From: Bacteroidales bacterium
Lineage (GTDB): Bacteria; Bacteroidota; Bacteroidia; Bacteroidales; F082
Length of the DNA: 64,000 nt
Reading direction: 5' to 3'
Assembly: GCA_017630195.1 (NCBI GenBank)
Contig: JAGBVS010000021.1
Coordinates: 39,262 to 103,261, forward strand
Shown: in pieces, positions 1 to 10,013 of the stretch
How positions within the stretch are numbered: position 1 is the first letter of the stretch
Layout of the letters: every line of letters begins with the position of its first letter
The notes under the pieces: model-generated
Databases searched by the model: none
Told to the model about the DNA's origin: nothing
The model's input: the letters and a program-made list of their open reading frames with translations, nothing else
Position numbers and translations under genes: made by a program

Positions 1-602
1 TTATCCACACCTCTGAATCCAGCAAACAGTTCTATCAAACCATACATCAACACGAACCATTTTGCTTTGATTGGTATTGCGAAGTATATATAAAGCGTTG
101 AATTTGGGAACATCATACCGAAAGCGAGCAAGATGCCATACACGGCTCCAGATGCACCTACTGTCGTTAACAAATTAAGATATTCGCCCATTGGAATGAT
201 ATGTCCACTCATATTAACATTCTGATAACCAGACAATGTTGTTGCAAATTGAATGTATTGTACAACTTCTTGTATGATGCCTGCTCCTATTCCGCATACG
301 AAATAAAACAGCAGGAATCTGTTGGCACCCCAGATATTTTCGAGAGTGTTTCCGAACATCCACAGCGCAAACATATTGAAGAAAAGATGTGCAAAATCGC
401 CATGCATAAACATGTAAGTCACAAGCTGATACGGTTGAAAATCAGAGGCGCCTATATAATGTAAACCTAAATAATCTTTAAGGTCAATGCGAAGAACGAC
501 ATCTGCAGCAATCGTAGCCAAGAAAAACAATACGTTTATTATCAACAAGTTCTTAACCACTGTAGGCAAAACTGCAAAACCACTTGGTCTGAAATTACTC
601 AT
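1..602 (-). CDS. Rhomboid family intramembrane serine protease (3' end cut by window edge)
   Basis: Absent from the ORF track because it runs off the window. My translation from the ATG at 602 reads MSNFRPSGFAVLPTVVKNLLIINVLFF... It has several TM stretches, HGDFAHLFFNM, and GASGAVYG (rhomboid catalytic Ser motif). Its start lies 1 nt after the mutL stop. Confidence 0.8.
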   Translation of the reverse strand, partial: MSNFRPSGFAVLPTVVKNLLIINVLFFLATIAADVVLRIDLKDYLGLHYIGASDFQPYQLVTYMFMHGDFAHLFFNMFALWMFGNTLENIWGANRFLLFYFVCGIGAGIIQEVVQYIQFATTLSGYQNVNMSGHIIPMGEYLNLLTTVGASGAVYGILLAFGMMFPNSTLYIYFAIPIKAKWFVLMYGLIELFAGFRGVD

Positions 603-603
603 A

Positions 604-2415
604 TTAGTTCAATCGTGTTTTTAATTCATTAACATTCAATATTGTATATATTTTCTTGCCATCTGGAGAAACCTCTGCGACGGCGCAACCGAACAAACGG
701 TCTATCAAATCCTGCATCTCTGTCGGACTTAATGTTTGGCCTGATTTTATCGCTAATTGCGACGCCAATGAACGTGCAAGATTCAGTTTTCTATCTAACT
801 TCAAATCAACGAGATTTGTTTTATACATATCCAAAATCTTTTCTAAAAGCGCAATGGCATCGTTGTTTTTGCTGTCAGCCGGAGTTCCGTTGATGACGAA
901 AGTTGAAGCGTTCATCTGCTGTATTCTAAATCCAATCTTCTCTAAATCAGGCATTATCTCTTTCAACAATGAAACGTCATTAGGACTTAAAGAAATATGC
1001 TGCGGGAACAACTCTTGCTGCGAGGCCTCGATGCTGTTTTCCATTTCTCTAAGATATTTTTCGTATAGTATTCTCATGTGTGCAAGATGCTGATCCACAA
1101 TAAGAAGACCCGATTTCATAGTTGTCACTATATATGACTGTTGAAGCTGGATATAAAGATTCTTGTTTTCGACTACGGTCGCCGCGGTGACTTCGTCGAA
1201 GTTGCTGATTTTATTTATATTGCTTGAAACTGTATCATTATTATCCTCATACATTATCCTCCAGTTGCCAGAAGATTGACGTGTTTGAGGCTGCGTTTTA
1301 AAAGGATTGAAGCTTGGATTGTAATCTATTTTAGGTTCAATCACAGGTCTGTCCATTCTGCTTGCTTCACCGAAATCAATGCCTAAATCCGGTGTTACGT
1401 CAAAGTCGAGCATCGGAGCTAAATTATTCTGTCCTATTGCTTTACGTACGGCAGAATGAAGTATTGCATAAACCAATTTAACATCTTGGAAATTAACTTC
1501 CGTCTTGGTTGGATGTATGTTTATGTCAATTTCATTAGGATTTATTTCAATGTCAATGAAATAACCAGGATAGCAATCTTTCGGAATCAATTCCTGATAA
1601 GCGTTTTCTATAGCATGATGAAGGTAAGAATGCTTTATAAAACGTTTGTTAACAAAGAAATACTGTTCGCCTCTTGTCTTTCTGAGAAATTCAGGCTTGA
1701 CAATGAAACCGTTGATAGTAGCAGTTTCCGTCTCCTGCTGAACAGGAAGAATCTTTTTATCGTAGTCTTTACCGAAAAGTCCTACTATTCTTTGTTTTAA
1801 GGTTCCTTTAGGGAGATGGTAAATTTCCTTTTCATTATTTACGAGAGAAAAGCCCACTTCAGGATTCATCATAGAAACGCGGAAAAACTCATCTGTAATG
1901 TGTCGCATTTCAACCTCATTAGATTTCAAGAAGTTACGACGAGCGGGTATATTAAAGAAAAGATTTTTCACCGTAAAATTAGTTCCAATAGACATCGGTT
2001 TTGGCAGCTGTTCTTTTACTACCGAGCCTTCGATGAGTATTTTTGTTCCCAACTCGTCTTCTTTGCGTCGTGTCATCAGCTCAACTTGTGCCACAGCAGC
2101 GATACTTGCCAAAGCCTCACCTCTAAATCCCATGGTACGAATTGAGAACAAGTCTTCTGCTTTTTTAATCTTGGAAGTAGCATGACGTTCAAAACAAAGA
2201 CGCGCATCAGTCTCAGACATTCCGCATCCGTTGTCAATAACGGCAATCATGGTGCGGCCTGAGTCTTTTATTATCAAATCAATCTGCGTTGCTCCAGCAT
2301 CTAAAGCGTTTTCCATCAACTCCTTAACTACTGAAGCTGGACGTTGGATAACTTCGCCGGCGGCAATCTGATTAGCGACGGAATCTGGTAATAATTTAAT
2401 TATATCGAAGGACAT
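604..2415 (-). CDS. mutL: DNA mismatch repair protein MutL
   Basis: 603 aa. N-terminal GHKL ATPase motifs are present (IAAGEVI, ENALDAGA, DNGCGM, GFRGEAL), and the length and C-terminal dimerisation region are typical. Confidence 0.97.
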   Translation of the reverse strand: MSFDIIKLLPDSVANQIAAGEVIQRPASVVKELMENALDAGATQIDLIIKDSGRTMIAVIDNGCGMSETDARLCFERHATSKIKKAEDLFSIRTMGFRGEALASIAAVAQVELMTRRKEDELGTKILIEGSVVKEQLPKPMSIGTNFTVKNLFFNIPARRNFLKSNEVEMRHITDEFFRVSMMNPEVGFSLVNNEKEIYHLPKGTLKQRIVGLFGKDYDKKILPVQQETETATINGFIVKPEFLRKTRGEQYFFVNKRFIKHSYLHHAIENAYQELIPKDCYPGYFIDIEINPNEIDINIHPTKTEVNFQDVKLVYAILHSAVRKAIGQNNLAPMLDFDVTPDLGIDFGEASRMDRPVIEPKIDYNPSFNPFKTQPQTRQSSGNWRIMYEDNNDTVSSNINKISNFDEVTAATVVENKNLYIQLQQSYIVTTMKSGLLIVDQHLAHMRILYEKYLREMENSIEASQQELFPQHISLSPNDVSLLKEIMPDLEKIGFRIQQMNASTFVINGTPADSKNNDAIALLEKILDMYKTNLVDLKLDRKLNLARSLASQLAIKSGQTLSPTEMQDLIDRLFGCAVAEVSPDGKKIYTILNVNELKTRLN

Positions 2416-2428
2416 AAATCATTGATTT

Positions 2429-2752
2429 TTATTTTCCTAAACTAAGAAACATTTCTATGAAATTTTCGATTACTGGTGTTCCGAAGATGAAGTATGTGAT
2501 AAATGCTATCAGACTTAAAAGCACGATATGGCGCATTCCATTGAAACCGAATTTCTTCTTTTCTTGCATTTCTTCAGGAGAATAACCGAATCCTCTTCTA
2601 ATTCTTATTCTACGCTTCTCAGCTTCAGAAAGTTTTGAATCCAATCCCATCTCAGCCTTTTTCTTTTCAAGAGCTTCTTTTGCAGGATCGAAGTAACGAG
2701 GTATATAATTGAATTGCCTTGGTTTAGGCGCATGAAAAAAGTAAAATCCCAT
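2429..2752 (-). CDS. Small hypothetical membrane protein
   Basis: The ORF track gives 2429..2848. The internal ATG at 2752 (MGFYFFHAPKPRQ...) sits about 30 nt downstream of a minus-strand TATCTTTG box (2781-2788). There is a C-terminal hydrophobic helix. No family was recognised. Confidence 0.45.
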   Translation of the reverse strand: MGFYFFHAPKPRQFNYIPRYFDPAKEALEKKKAEMGLDSKLSEAEKRRIRIRRGFGYSPEEMQEKKKFGFNGMRHIVLLSLIAFITYFIFGTPVIENFIEMFLSLGK

Positions 2753-2874
2753 TTTTAAAAAATTTAAATTGTTTAGCGTACAAAGATAATTATTTTTTCT
2801 TAGTTTTTGCCCATTCACAAAAGCCTTTTTTCGTATCTTTGACGACAATTTTATTAAGATAAATTTTAAAAAAA

Positions 2875-3045
2875 ATGACTAAAAAATGCCCACGATGCAA
2901 TAGTGAATTTGAATGTCAACATAGCTCAACTTGTTGGTGCTCAAAATATTCAATTAAGGATAACGTAAGATTGTTTCTTAAAGATAATTATTCCGATTGT
3001 CTCTGTGAAAATTGCTTGAAAGAAGTCATTGAATTGCATCAATAA
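2875..3045 (+). CDS. Cysteine-rich CWC-type small protein (56 aa)
   Basis: Below the ORF-track cutoff. My translation is MTKKCPRCNSEFECQHSSTCWCSKYSIKDNVRLFLKDNYSDCLCENCLKEVIELHQ. It has CxxC...CWC...CxC..C spacing, and a TATCTTTG box precedes it at 2834-2841. Confidence 0.6.
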   Translation: MTKKCPRCNSEFECQHSSTCWCSKYSIKDNVRLFLKDNYSDCLCENCLKEVIELHQ

Positions 3046-3046
3046 T

Positions 3047-4183
3047 ATGAAAAAAATTATACTCATTTTGTTTTCAGCAATTTACATGATGAGCTCATGT
3101 GATGTTGTATCAAAAAAAAGTGATATAAGCGAGAACACAAATGATGCTTTAAACTTAGTTTCGTATGCTGAAAACTTTGAAATATATCCTTTAGAAATAG
3201 GATATAAATTAGTTATCAAATATTTATCATCACAAAACGAATACTATCTTTTAAGTGATACTGTTTCTATACCTAACAATTTGACAGACAAAACAATAAT
3301 AAGAACTCCTGTCAAATCAGCAGTTGCATTTTCTTCAACACAATGGTCTGTATTTCAAAAACTTGGAGAAATTGACAAGGTAAAAGGAATATTAGAAAGC
3401 AATTATACCAAAAACGAAGATATTTTAGAACTTGTTGCAAGAGGCAAAATCACTGACGTTGGAATGTCAACTAATGTTAACGCCGAGAAGCTCATAAATC
3501 TGCATCCAGATTTGATTTTATACACTCCATATTCAGGTGTCGATTTTTCTCATTTGGGAAGACTCAGCGGTGCAACGATGCTTTCTTTCCCCGATTATCT
3601 TGAATCTCACCCACTTGGCCGTGCCGAATGGATGAAAGTCGTTGGACTTTTATGTGGAAAAGAAGAAGTCACTAATAAATGGTTTGATGATATCGTAAGA
3701 CGTTATGAATCACTTTCGGACAAATGTTCAAAAATCGAAGACAAGCCGACAGTATTTTCCGATTTGCCTTTTGAAAATCAATGGTATGTACCTGGCGGAA
3801 AAAGTTATATAGCTAAGATTTTCGCAGATGCCGGCGGCGATTATATCTGGAAAGACAACGAATCGACGGGAAGTCTTCACATCGATGCTGAAAGCGTATT
3901 ATTAAAAGCCCAGCAAGCTGATTTCTGGAGAGTTATCAATTCGTATGACACTCCGTTCACTTACGAAAGATTGGAAAAAGAAAATGAATTATACCCGCTT
4001 TTTAAAGCTTTTGAGGAAAAACAGCTATTAGTTTGCGATGTAAGAGAAACTGGATATTTTGAAAAGTCGCAATATGAACCCGACATTCTATTGGCCGATT
4101 TTATCTATCATTTTCATCCAGAATTATTGACAAACGAGTGGGAAAATTACACTCCAAAATACTTCAAGCGATTAGTTAAATAA
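3047..4183 (+). CDS. ABC transporter substrate-binding lipoprotein, BtuF/FhuD-type (iron-siderophore/cobalamin class)
   Basis: The ATG at 3047 gives MKKIILILFSAIYMMSSCD (lipobox Cys). The size and position match a periplasmic-binding-protein gene directly upstream of the FecCD permease and ATPase genes. Confidence 0.8.
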   Translation: MKKIILILFSAIYMMSSCDVVSKKSDISENTNDALNLVSYAENFEIYPLEIGYKLVIKYLSSQNEYYLLSDTVSIPNNLTDKTIIRTPVKSAVAFSSTQWSVFQKLGEIDKVKGILESNYTKNEDILELVARGKITDVGMSTNVNAEKLINLHPDLILYTPYSGVDFSHLGRLSGATMLSFPDYLESHPLGRAEWMKVVGLLCGKEEVTNKWFDDIVRRYESLSDKCSKIEDKPTVFSDLPFENQWYVPGGKSYIAKIFADAGGDYIWKDNESTGSLHIDAESVLLKAQQADFWRVINSYDTPFTYERLEKENELYPLFKAFEEKQLLVCDVRETGYFEKSQYEPDILLADFIYHFHPELLTNEWENYTPKYFKRLVK

Positions 4184-5205
4184 TGACTCGTAATAAAATA
4201 AATATCAGCATTTTAATTGCAATAATATTTTTAGGAATATTATTGTTTATAATAAACCTATTAGTAGGTTCAGTCGCTATTCCTTTCACAGATTTATTTG
4301 ATGTTTTATGCGGCAAGAAATCGAATCCTACAGTTGCAACAATCGTCCTTGATTACAGGTTGCCACAAGCCGTCACAGCAATATATGCAGGTGCAGCCTT
4401 GTCGGTAGCAGGACTTTTAATGCAGACTTTATTTAGAAATCCCCTCGCCGACCCATCGATGTTAGGAATCAGCAGCGGTGCCGGATTAGGAGTCGCCATA
4501 ATAATTTTAATGACAGGCGTTTTAGGCGGCTCAGCTCTTTCGACAATGGGAATATGGTCGAATCTCGGAGTCAGCCTCGCCGCTTTTGCTGGCGCCACCT
4601 TAGTCTTAATGTTGATATTAGGTTTTAGTAGCCGAGTAAGAAACATGACTACATTGATAATCATTGGCTTGATGATTTCATACCTTGCTGGTTCAATGAC
4701 CGACATAATGAAATTTTTCAGCATGAAAGAAGACATTCACGCTTTTGTTATTTGGGGAATGGGCTCATATTCGGCTGTCGGAACAAGCAAACTGATGTTT
4801 TTCTCAACGAGCATAACACTCGGATTATTTGCAAGTCTGTTTATGTCAAAGAATTTAAATATCCTATTGTTGGGAGATTTATACGCAGACAATTTAGGGT
4901 TGAACGTTAAGAGAAACAGCATTTTTATCATACTTATTTCCGGCTATTTAACAGCTATAGTGACAGCATATTGTGGTCCTATAGCTTTTTTAGGATTAGC
5001 CATTCCGCACATGACACGATTTATATTCAAGACAAGCGACCATAGGATATTAGTCCCTACCGTTATGTTAATTGGAATGATTGTCAGCTTGTTATGTAAT
5101 ATAATAGCAAGAATGCCAGGTTTAGAAGGCAATCTTCCCATCAATGCTGTCACTGCTTTTATAGGTGCGCCAGTCGTGATTTGGGTTATTTTAAGAAAAA
5201 GATGA
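4183..5205 (+). CDS. FecCD/BtuC-family ABC transporter permease
   Basis: 340 aa polytopic membrane protein with typical FecCD family sequence (RNPLADPSMLGISSGAGLG). Its start overlaps the upstream stop. Confidence 0.9.
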   Translation: MTRNKINISILIAIIFLGILLFIINLLVGSVAIPFTDLFDVLCGKKSNPTVATIVLDYRLPQAVTAIYAGAALSVAGLLMQTLFRNPLADPSMLGISSGAGLGVAIIILMTGVLGGSALSTMGIWSNLGVSLAAFAGATLVLMLILGFSSRVRNMTTLIIIGLMISYLAGSMTDIMKFFSMKEDIHAFVIWGMGSYSAVGTSKLMFFSTSITLGLFASLFMSKNLNILLLGDLYADNLGLNVKRNSIFIILISGYLTAIVTAYCGPIAFLGLAIPHMTRFIFKTSDHRILVPTVMLIGMIVSLLCNIIARMPGLEGNLPINAVTAFIGAPVVIWVILRKR

Positions 5206-5233
5206 AGTAGTTGATTTTTAATTATAAAACAAC

Positions 5234-5971
5234 ATGGAAGTTTTAAAGGTCAAAGATTTACATATTGGTTATAGAGACAAAGCTATTTTACCACCGATAA
5301 ACGTCAGTTTGAATGAAGGTAATTTGATTGCTTTAATTGGGCCTAATGGAGCAGGAAAATCAACGCTTTTCAAGACATTGACAGCATATATAAAACCCGT
5401 TAGCGGAAGTATAGAATTGATGGGAAAAGAGCTTTCCTCGTATTCCGCAAAAGAAAAAGCCATGTTGATAGGATTAGTCCTTACAGAGCGTCCTGATGAC
5501 ATGTTTTTAAAAGTATATGATGTGGTTTCAAGCGGACGCTGTCCTTACACAAACTTCTTTGGAAAGATAGAAAAAGATGATGAAAACATAATTCAAGAAT
5601 CGCTTGAAATAGTTGGCATAAATCAATTGAAAGACAGATATTTCAACACACTAAGTGATGGAGAAAAACAAAAGGTGATGATAGCAAAGACATTAGCTCA
5701 GGACACTCCTATTATATTTATGGACGAGCCCACTGCCTTCATCGATTATCCGAGTAAAATCGAGCTGTTTTCTTTGATGAAAATGCTGACAAAAGAACGA
5801 AACAAGACCATAATTTTCAGTTCGCACGACTTGGAATTATTGTTGCGTTACACCGATGACATCTGGCTTATTTCAAAAGGAAAACAGCTGATTTCAGCAA
5901 AGAAAGACGATCTTATTGGAAACGATATTTTAAAAGAATATTTCAACCTAAAGGAAGACATTAAAATCTGA
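5234..5971 (+). CDS. ABC transporter ATP-binding protein (FecE/BtuD-like)
   Basis: Walker A GPNGAGKST, signature LSDGEKQ, Walker B IIFMDEP. Confidence 0.92.
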   Translation: MEVLKVKDLHIGYRDKAILPPINVSLNEGNLIALIGPNGAGKSTLFKTLTAYIKPVSGSIELMGKELSSYSAKEKAMLIGLVLTERPDDMFLKVYDVVSSGRCPYTNFFGKIEKDDENIIQESLEIVGINQLKDRYFNTLSDGEKQKVMIAKTLAQDTPIIFMDEPTAFIDYPSKIELFSLMKMLTKERNKTIIFSSHDLELLLRYTDDIWLISKGKQLISAKKDDLIGNDILKEYFNLKEDIKI

Positions 5972-6363
5972 TGGAAAACTATATTTTTGAATTAAAAATG
6001 AAAGTCCGCGACTACGAATGTGACGGACAAGGAATTGTAAACAACGCTAATTATCAACATTATACAGAACACACTCGCCATGAATTCATAGAATCGAGAG
6101 GTGTGAAATTCGCTGATTTACACGAGCAAGGCATCGACCCAGTCGTTGCTCGTATCTCTTTGACTTACAAGACACCTTTAAGAGGCGGCGATGAGTTTTA
6201 TTGCAGACTCAATGTAAAGAAAGAAGGTATCAGATACGTTTTTTACCAAGACATTTATAGAGCATCTGACGAGAAATTATGCGTCAAGGCTGTCGTTGAA
6301 TGCGTCTGTGTCATCAACGGAAGATTAGGAACACACGAGATGTTCGATGCAATGTGCGAGTAA
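5971..6363 (+). CDS. Acyl-CoA thioesterase, YbgC/4HBT hot-dog family
   Basis: 130 aa. The N-terminal VRDYECDGQGIVNNANY pattern is typical of YbgC-type thioesterases. Confidence 0.8.
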   Translation: MENYIFELKMKVRDYECDGQGIVNNANYQHYTEHTRHEFIESRGVKFADLHEQGIDPVVARISLTYKTPLRGGDEFYCRLNVKKEGIRYVFYQDIYRASDEKLCVKAVVECVCVINGRLGTHEMFDAMCE

Positions 6364-6368
6364 AACAA

Positions 6369-6704
6369 TTAAATATCAATGGATTGAGAACTTCCGTCTT
6401 TCATTACAAGAAGTACAAATTCATTGATTTCTGATTTTCTTGAAAAGAAACGATGTCTGATGTCAGAAGCATGCTGTCTCCAATAAGCTTCTCTAACGCC
6501 TTCCTCTGCTAACGTTTTAACAAGCATATTCTTTCTATCACGAATTTCGCATCTTCCTGAGTTATATGCAATTACAAACAATGTTTCATTTATATTGAAA
6601 TCAGCATGATTTACTGATTCACCATTACCGACTTTACGGATTATGGTGCCGCTGTCCGTTCTGATATATGCTTGTCCGTCAGGTCTTATCTCAAAATAAT
6701 TCAT
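6369..6704 (-). CDS. Hypothetical protein (111 aa)
   Basis: Clean ORF whose start overlaps the stop of the upstream MGMT-family gene by 1 nt. No motif recognised. Confidence 0.45.
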   Translation of the reverse strand: MNYFEIRPDGQAYIRTDSGTIIRKVGNGESVNHADFNINETLFVIAYNSGRCEIRDRKNMLVKTLAEEGVREAYWRQHASDIRHRFFSRKSEINEFVLLVMKDGSSQSIDI

Positions 6705-7003
6705 TATATTTCAATATATTTCTTTAATACCTTGTAATCAGTTATTTCAACACCTTCGGATTCAAGCAGTTCTCTCTGTTTCTCTATACCACCAAATCCG
6801 AAGTTCTTGGCTAATTCTCCTTTTGAATTGACAACTCTATGGCATGGTACAATTATCGGTGTAGGGTTCTTATGTAACACATTTCCAACGACTCTTGCCA
6901 GATTCTTATTACCTAACATCTCTCCTATCTGACCGTATGTCACAACACTACCACGAGGGATATTGCTGACAATATCATATATTTTATCAGACAACTCGCT
7001 CAT
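6704..7003 (-). CDS. MGMT-family protein (methylated-DNA-protein-cysteine methyltransferase DNA-binding domain only)
   Basis: 99 aa with the PCHRVV active-site motif and a YGQIG helix-turn-wing region. Confidence 0.85.
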   Translation of the reverse strand: MSELSDKIYDIVSNIPRGSVVTYGQIGEMLGNKNLARVVGNVLHKNPTPIIVPCHRVVNSKGELAKNFGFGGIEKQRELLESEGVEITDYKVLKKYIEI

Positions 7004-9049
7004 TTATTTTGTTATTATTGAATATTCTGCTATGCCGCAGTTTCTACTTCCATCCGTGTTTTTCGTAGGAACAAACTTAACTGTCTTTCCTTTTACCACT
7101 TCAAATCTCACGATTTGTTCTATCGGATTATTCTTGATGTTTCCGAAAGTTCCATTTTTAATTAATTTTCCGTCAATATATAATTCATAATCAACGATAT
7201 GACGAGATGCGTCTCTACTTTGATTTGGCAAATACCTGAATCCGCAGATTTTCTGTTCTTCATTAAATTCAAAGGTAAGCGGTTCATTATTGTCGATATA
7301 CATTGTAGAATATATATTAGCGTCAATGATTTTTCTTGTTCCTTCTTTTGGTTCAATAATGTTAAAGAAATCGTGTGACAAGTCAAATTCCTTTATTGCC
7401 ACAGAACTTTTATTTTTTGATTCTACATCATAGGAAATAGCTTTTACGATTACGTTTTCATTGAAAATGAAAGGTTTATCATATCTCAATGAATTTTCAT
7501 TTGGTTCAGAACCGTCGAGAGTGTAGAAAACAGCAGCGTCTTTATCAGACGATTCAATCTTTACATAATTATCGAAATCACGAGAAATAGTCGGTTCAGT
7601 AAGCAAAACTGGAGCGCAATAAGCTTCTATATTATTGATGCACAATGGTCCGCGACTTTCTTCAAAATAGATTATCAGTTTATCAAGTTCGACAGTGCCA
7701 AAGCGAACTATACGTTTGTAACCAATAGTCGATAATGTATCAAAAGCATTGATTTTAAACCATTTGCCATTCAACTCACCTTCCATATAAAAATCGCTTA
7801 CTCTTTGTCCGAGAGGAACATATTCTTGGAGCATTACCCTATTCATTTTTACTGGCTTATCGAATGTAAATGAGATAGTTCCGAAGTTGTAGTCATCTTC
7901 AGTAGCCCAATAAGTATCCCAGTCATCATCGATTACGTTTTCTGCTTTGAACTTACGGCCTCTTTCGCTATCGGCATTCACTTTAGCATTTTTTAAGATA
8001 TTATCTTTCAAATCATTAGAAATGAGATTATGCCATTCTAAAGCTCTTATAGAATCTAAAGCAGGAATTTTTCCGTCAAGATTTATTGGGAAATTAAGCA
8101 GGAGATTTGCGTTATGGCCAACACTACGATAGTAAATATCAGCAAGTTGTGCGATGCTTTTCACTTGATGATCTTCGCGTTTATGATAGAACCAACCCGG
8201 GCGAATCGACACATCCACTTCTGCTGGAATCCAATGCGTTCCATTTGCAGAACCATGTGTGAGATATTTGTGATTATCATCAATTTCAGGATTTATCATA
8301 CACCAATCAGAGTCGCCAGCCCAGCCCTGTTCATTGCCGACCCAACGTATTGTCTGACAAGTACCACCGAAAATCATAGCATTAGGATGACGTTTTAAGA
8401 TAGTATCACGAGCTCGTTCGTAATCATAATATTCTTTGGCATTTATAGAACGTGACTCGTCGGATCCGCCGTAATATCCATTACCGCCGTTAGCGCCATC
8501 GAACCAAAATTCAAACAACTCACCGTAATTACTTGTAAGTTCATCAATTTGTTTATGATAAGTCTCCACATAATCCTCATAACCATATTGGGCGTGATTT
8601 CTATCCCAAGGAGAAAGATAGAGACCGAATTTAAGTCCGTGTTTCTTGCAAGCATCTGAGAGCTCTTTCACCATATCGCCTTTACCGTTTTTGTAAGGAG
8701 AATTAGCGATGCTATAGTCAGTTGTTTTAGTCTGCCACAGACAGAATCCGTCGTGATGTTTTGCTGTGAGAATCACGCCTTTCATGCCACATTGTTTGAG
8801 AGTCATGACCCACTGTTCGCAGTCGAGTTCCGTTGGATTGAAAGTAGAAACCGGAGTGTTGCCGTAGCCCCATTCTAAGTCATTATATGTATTCAGTCCG
8901 AAATGCACGAAGGCATAAGTTTCAAGTTTATGCCAATCGATTTGCTGTTGAGTTGGTGTTGGTTCAATTGCTTCCGGAATGTGATTGTTAGTATTAGTAC
9001 AAGACGATAATATGTTAATTATCAATATGAACAATAATATTTTTTTCAT
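7004..9049 (-). CDS. Alpha-L-fucosidase (GH29) with C-terminal discoidin-like/accessory domains
   Basis: Lipoprotein signal MKKILLFILIINILSSC. It carries the GH29 hallmark ILTAKHHDGFCLWQT and a YLSPWD segment; total length is 681 aa. Confidence 0.9.
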   Translation of the reverse strand: MKKILLFILIINILSSCTNTNNHIPEAIEPTPTQQQIDWHKLETYAFVHFGLNTYNDLEWGYGNTPVSTFNPTELDCEQWVMTLKQCGMKGVILTAKHHDGFCLWQTKTTDYSIANSPYKNGKGDMVKELSDACKKHGLKFGLYLSPWDRNHAQYGYEDYVETYHKQIDELTSNYGELFEFWFDGANGGNGYYGGSDESRSINAKEYYDYERARDTILKRHPNAMIFGGTCQTIRWVGNEQGWAGDSDWCMINPEIDDNHKYLTHGSANGTHWIPAEVDVSIRPGWFYHKREDHQVKSIAQLADIYYRSVGHNANLLLNFPINLDGKIPALDSIRALEWHNLISNDLKDNILKNAKVNADSERGRKFKAENVIDDDWDTYWATEDDYNFGTISFTFDKPVKMNRVMLQEYVPLGQRVSDFYMEGELNGKWFKINAFDTLSTIGYKRIVRFGTVELDKLIIYFEESRGPLCINNIEAYCAPVLLTEPTISRDFDNYVKIESSDKDAAVFYTLDGSEPNENSLRYDKPFIFNENVIVKAISYDVESKNKSSVAIKEFDLSHDFFNIIEPKEGTRKIIDANIYSTMYIDNNEPLTFEFNEEQKICGFRYLPNQSRDASRHIVDYELYIDGKLIKNGTFGNIKNNPIEQIVRFEVVKGKTVKFVPTKNTDGSRNCGIAEYSIITK

Positions 9050-9088
9050 ATTCGCAGCAATTTAGAACCAACAAATCTCTTACTATTT

Positions 9089-9919
9089 TTATTTAACAAA
9101 CAATTTATCGATATAATCACCAATCTTAACAATATAGAAGCCACTGTCTAAGCAACTTATGTTTATTTCTACATTATTAGACGTTATAGTTTCAGATAAA
9201 ACAATTTTGCCAGTAACATCGATAATTGATAAATTATCATTTGTAATTTCTTTGAGTTCTATTTTAAGATAATCACTTGCTGGATTAGGATAGATCTCCA
9301 TTCCTTTAACACATTCATTATCACTTATATTGTCATCATCGTAATTAAGAATCTTTATGTCATCCATTGCCATTTGATAAGTTCCGTTTTTAACAAAAGC
9401 CAGCATGATTTTCTTTCCTCTCCATGGATTAAGACTTAATTTATACTCTTCGGTATAATGGAATGGAGAATTAAAATCATTGGCAAGCAGATAAGCTTGT
9501 TCCCACGATGAGTTGTCAACATCATAAATCATTATATAAAACTTGTTAACATACATTTGTTCAGAGTGATACCATAACCAATAGTATAATGTAGTTTCGC
9601 CGATTTCAGGTATAGGAATAGGTGGTGTCATGAGCCAATCGTGTGTAGTTTCTTGGTACATAGTACCACCGATCCATGCGGCGGAATCGCCTGAATGAAC
9701 GTAACCGAATGAAGTTGTTTCTGTGATATCCCATTTTTCCCATGGGTCGAGGCCTGTAGCAGGATAATCTTGAGGTTCGAGTTCAATTCCTTGCGACACA
9801 CCCATTGTCCAGCCTTTATCGAATCCAGGGCCTTCAAAACTTGTTGATAATATTGTTGTTTGCGCGAAAGTAGCTGTTAAAAATAAACAGAATAAGATTG
9901 TAAATGTTAATTTTTTCAT
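9089..9919 (-). CDS. Secreted protein with T9SS type A C-terminal sorting domain
   Basis: It has a signal peptide, and the C-terminus IYPNPASDYLKIEL...GFYIVKI is a typical Por/T9SS CTD. The N-terminal part resembles choice-of-anchor J domains (SFEGPGFDKGW). Confidence 0.8.
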   Translation of the reverse strand: MKKLTFTILFCLFLTATFAQTTILSTSFEGPGFDKGWTMGVSQGIELEPQDYPATGLDPWEKWDITETTSFGYVHSGDSAAWIGGTMYQETTHDWLMTPPIPIPEIGETTLYYWLWYHSEQMYVNKFYIMIYDVDNSSWEQAYLLANDFNSPFHYTEEYKLSLNPWRGKKIMLAFVKNGTYQMAMDDIKILNYDDDNISDNECVKGMEIYPNPASDYLKIELKEITNDNLSIIDVTGKIVLSETITSNNVEINISCLDSGFYIVKIGDYIDKLFVK

Positions 9920-10013
9920 AACAATAGCTTTTTAAAATTAGTCGTACAAATTTAGACAACTAAAAACAAAAAAGCAAGAAAAAAAAACATGGAAATTTAA
10001 TTTTCAAATATCA

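Noticed and set aside
2753-3046. Second cobalamin riboswitch upstream of the BtuFCD-like ABC importer
   Set aside because: No B12 box or conserved riboswitch core is present. The spacer instead holds a small CWC-type ORF and promoter boxes.
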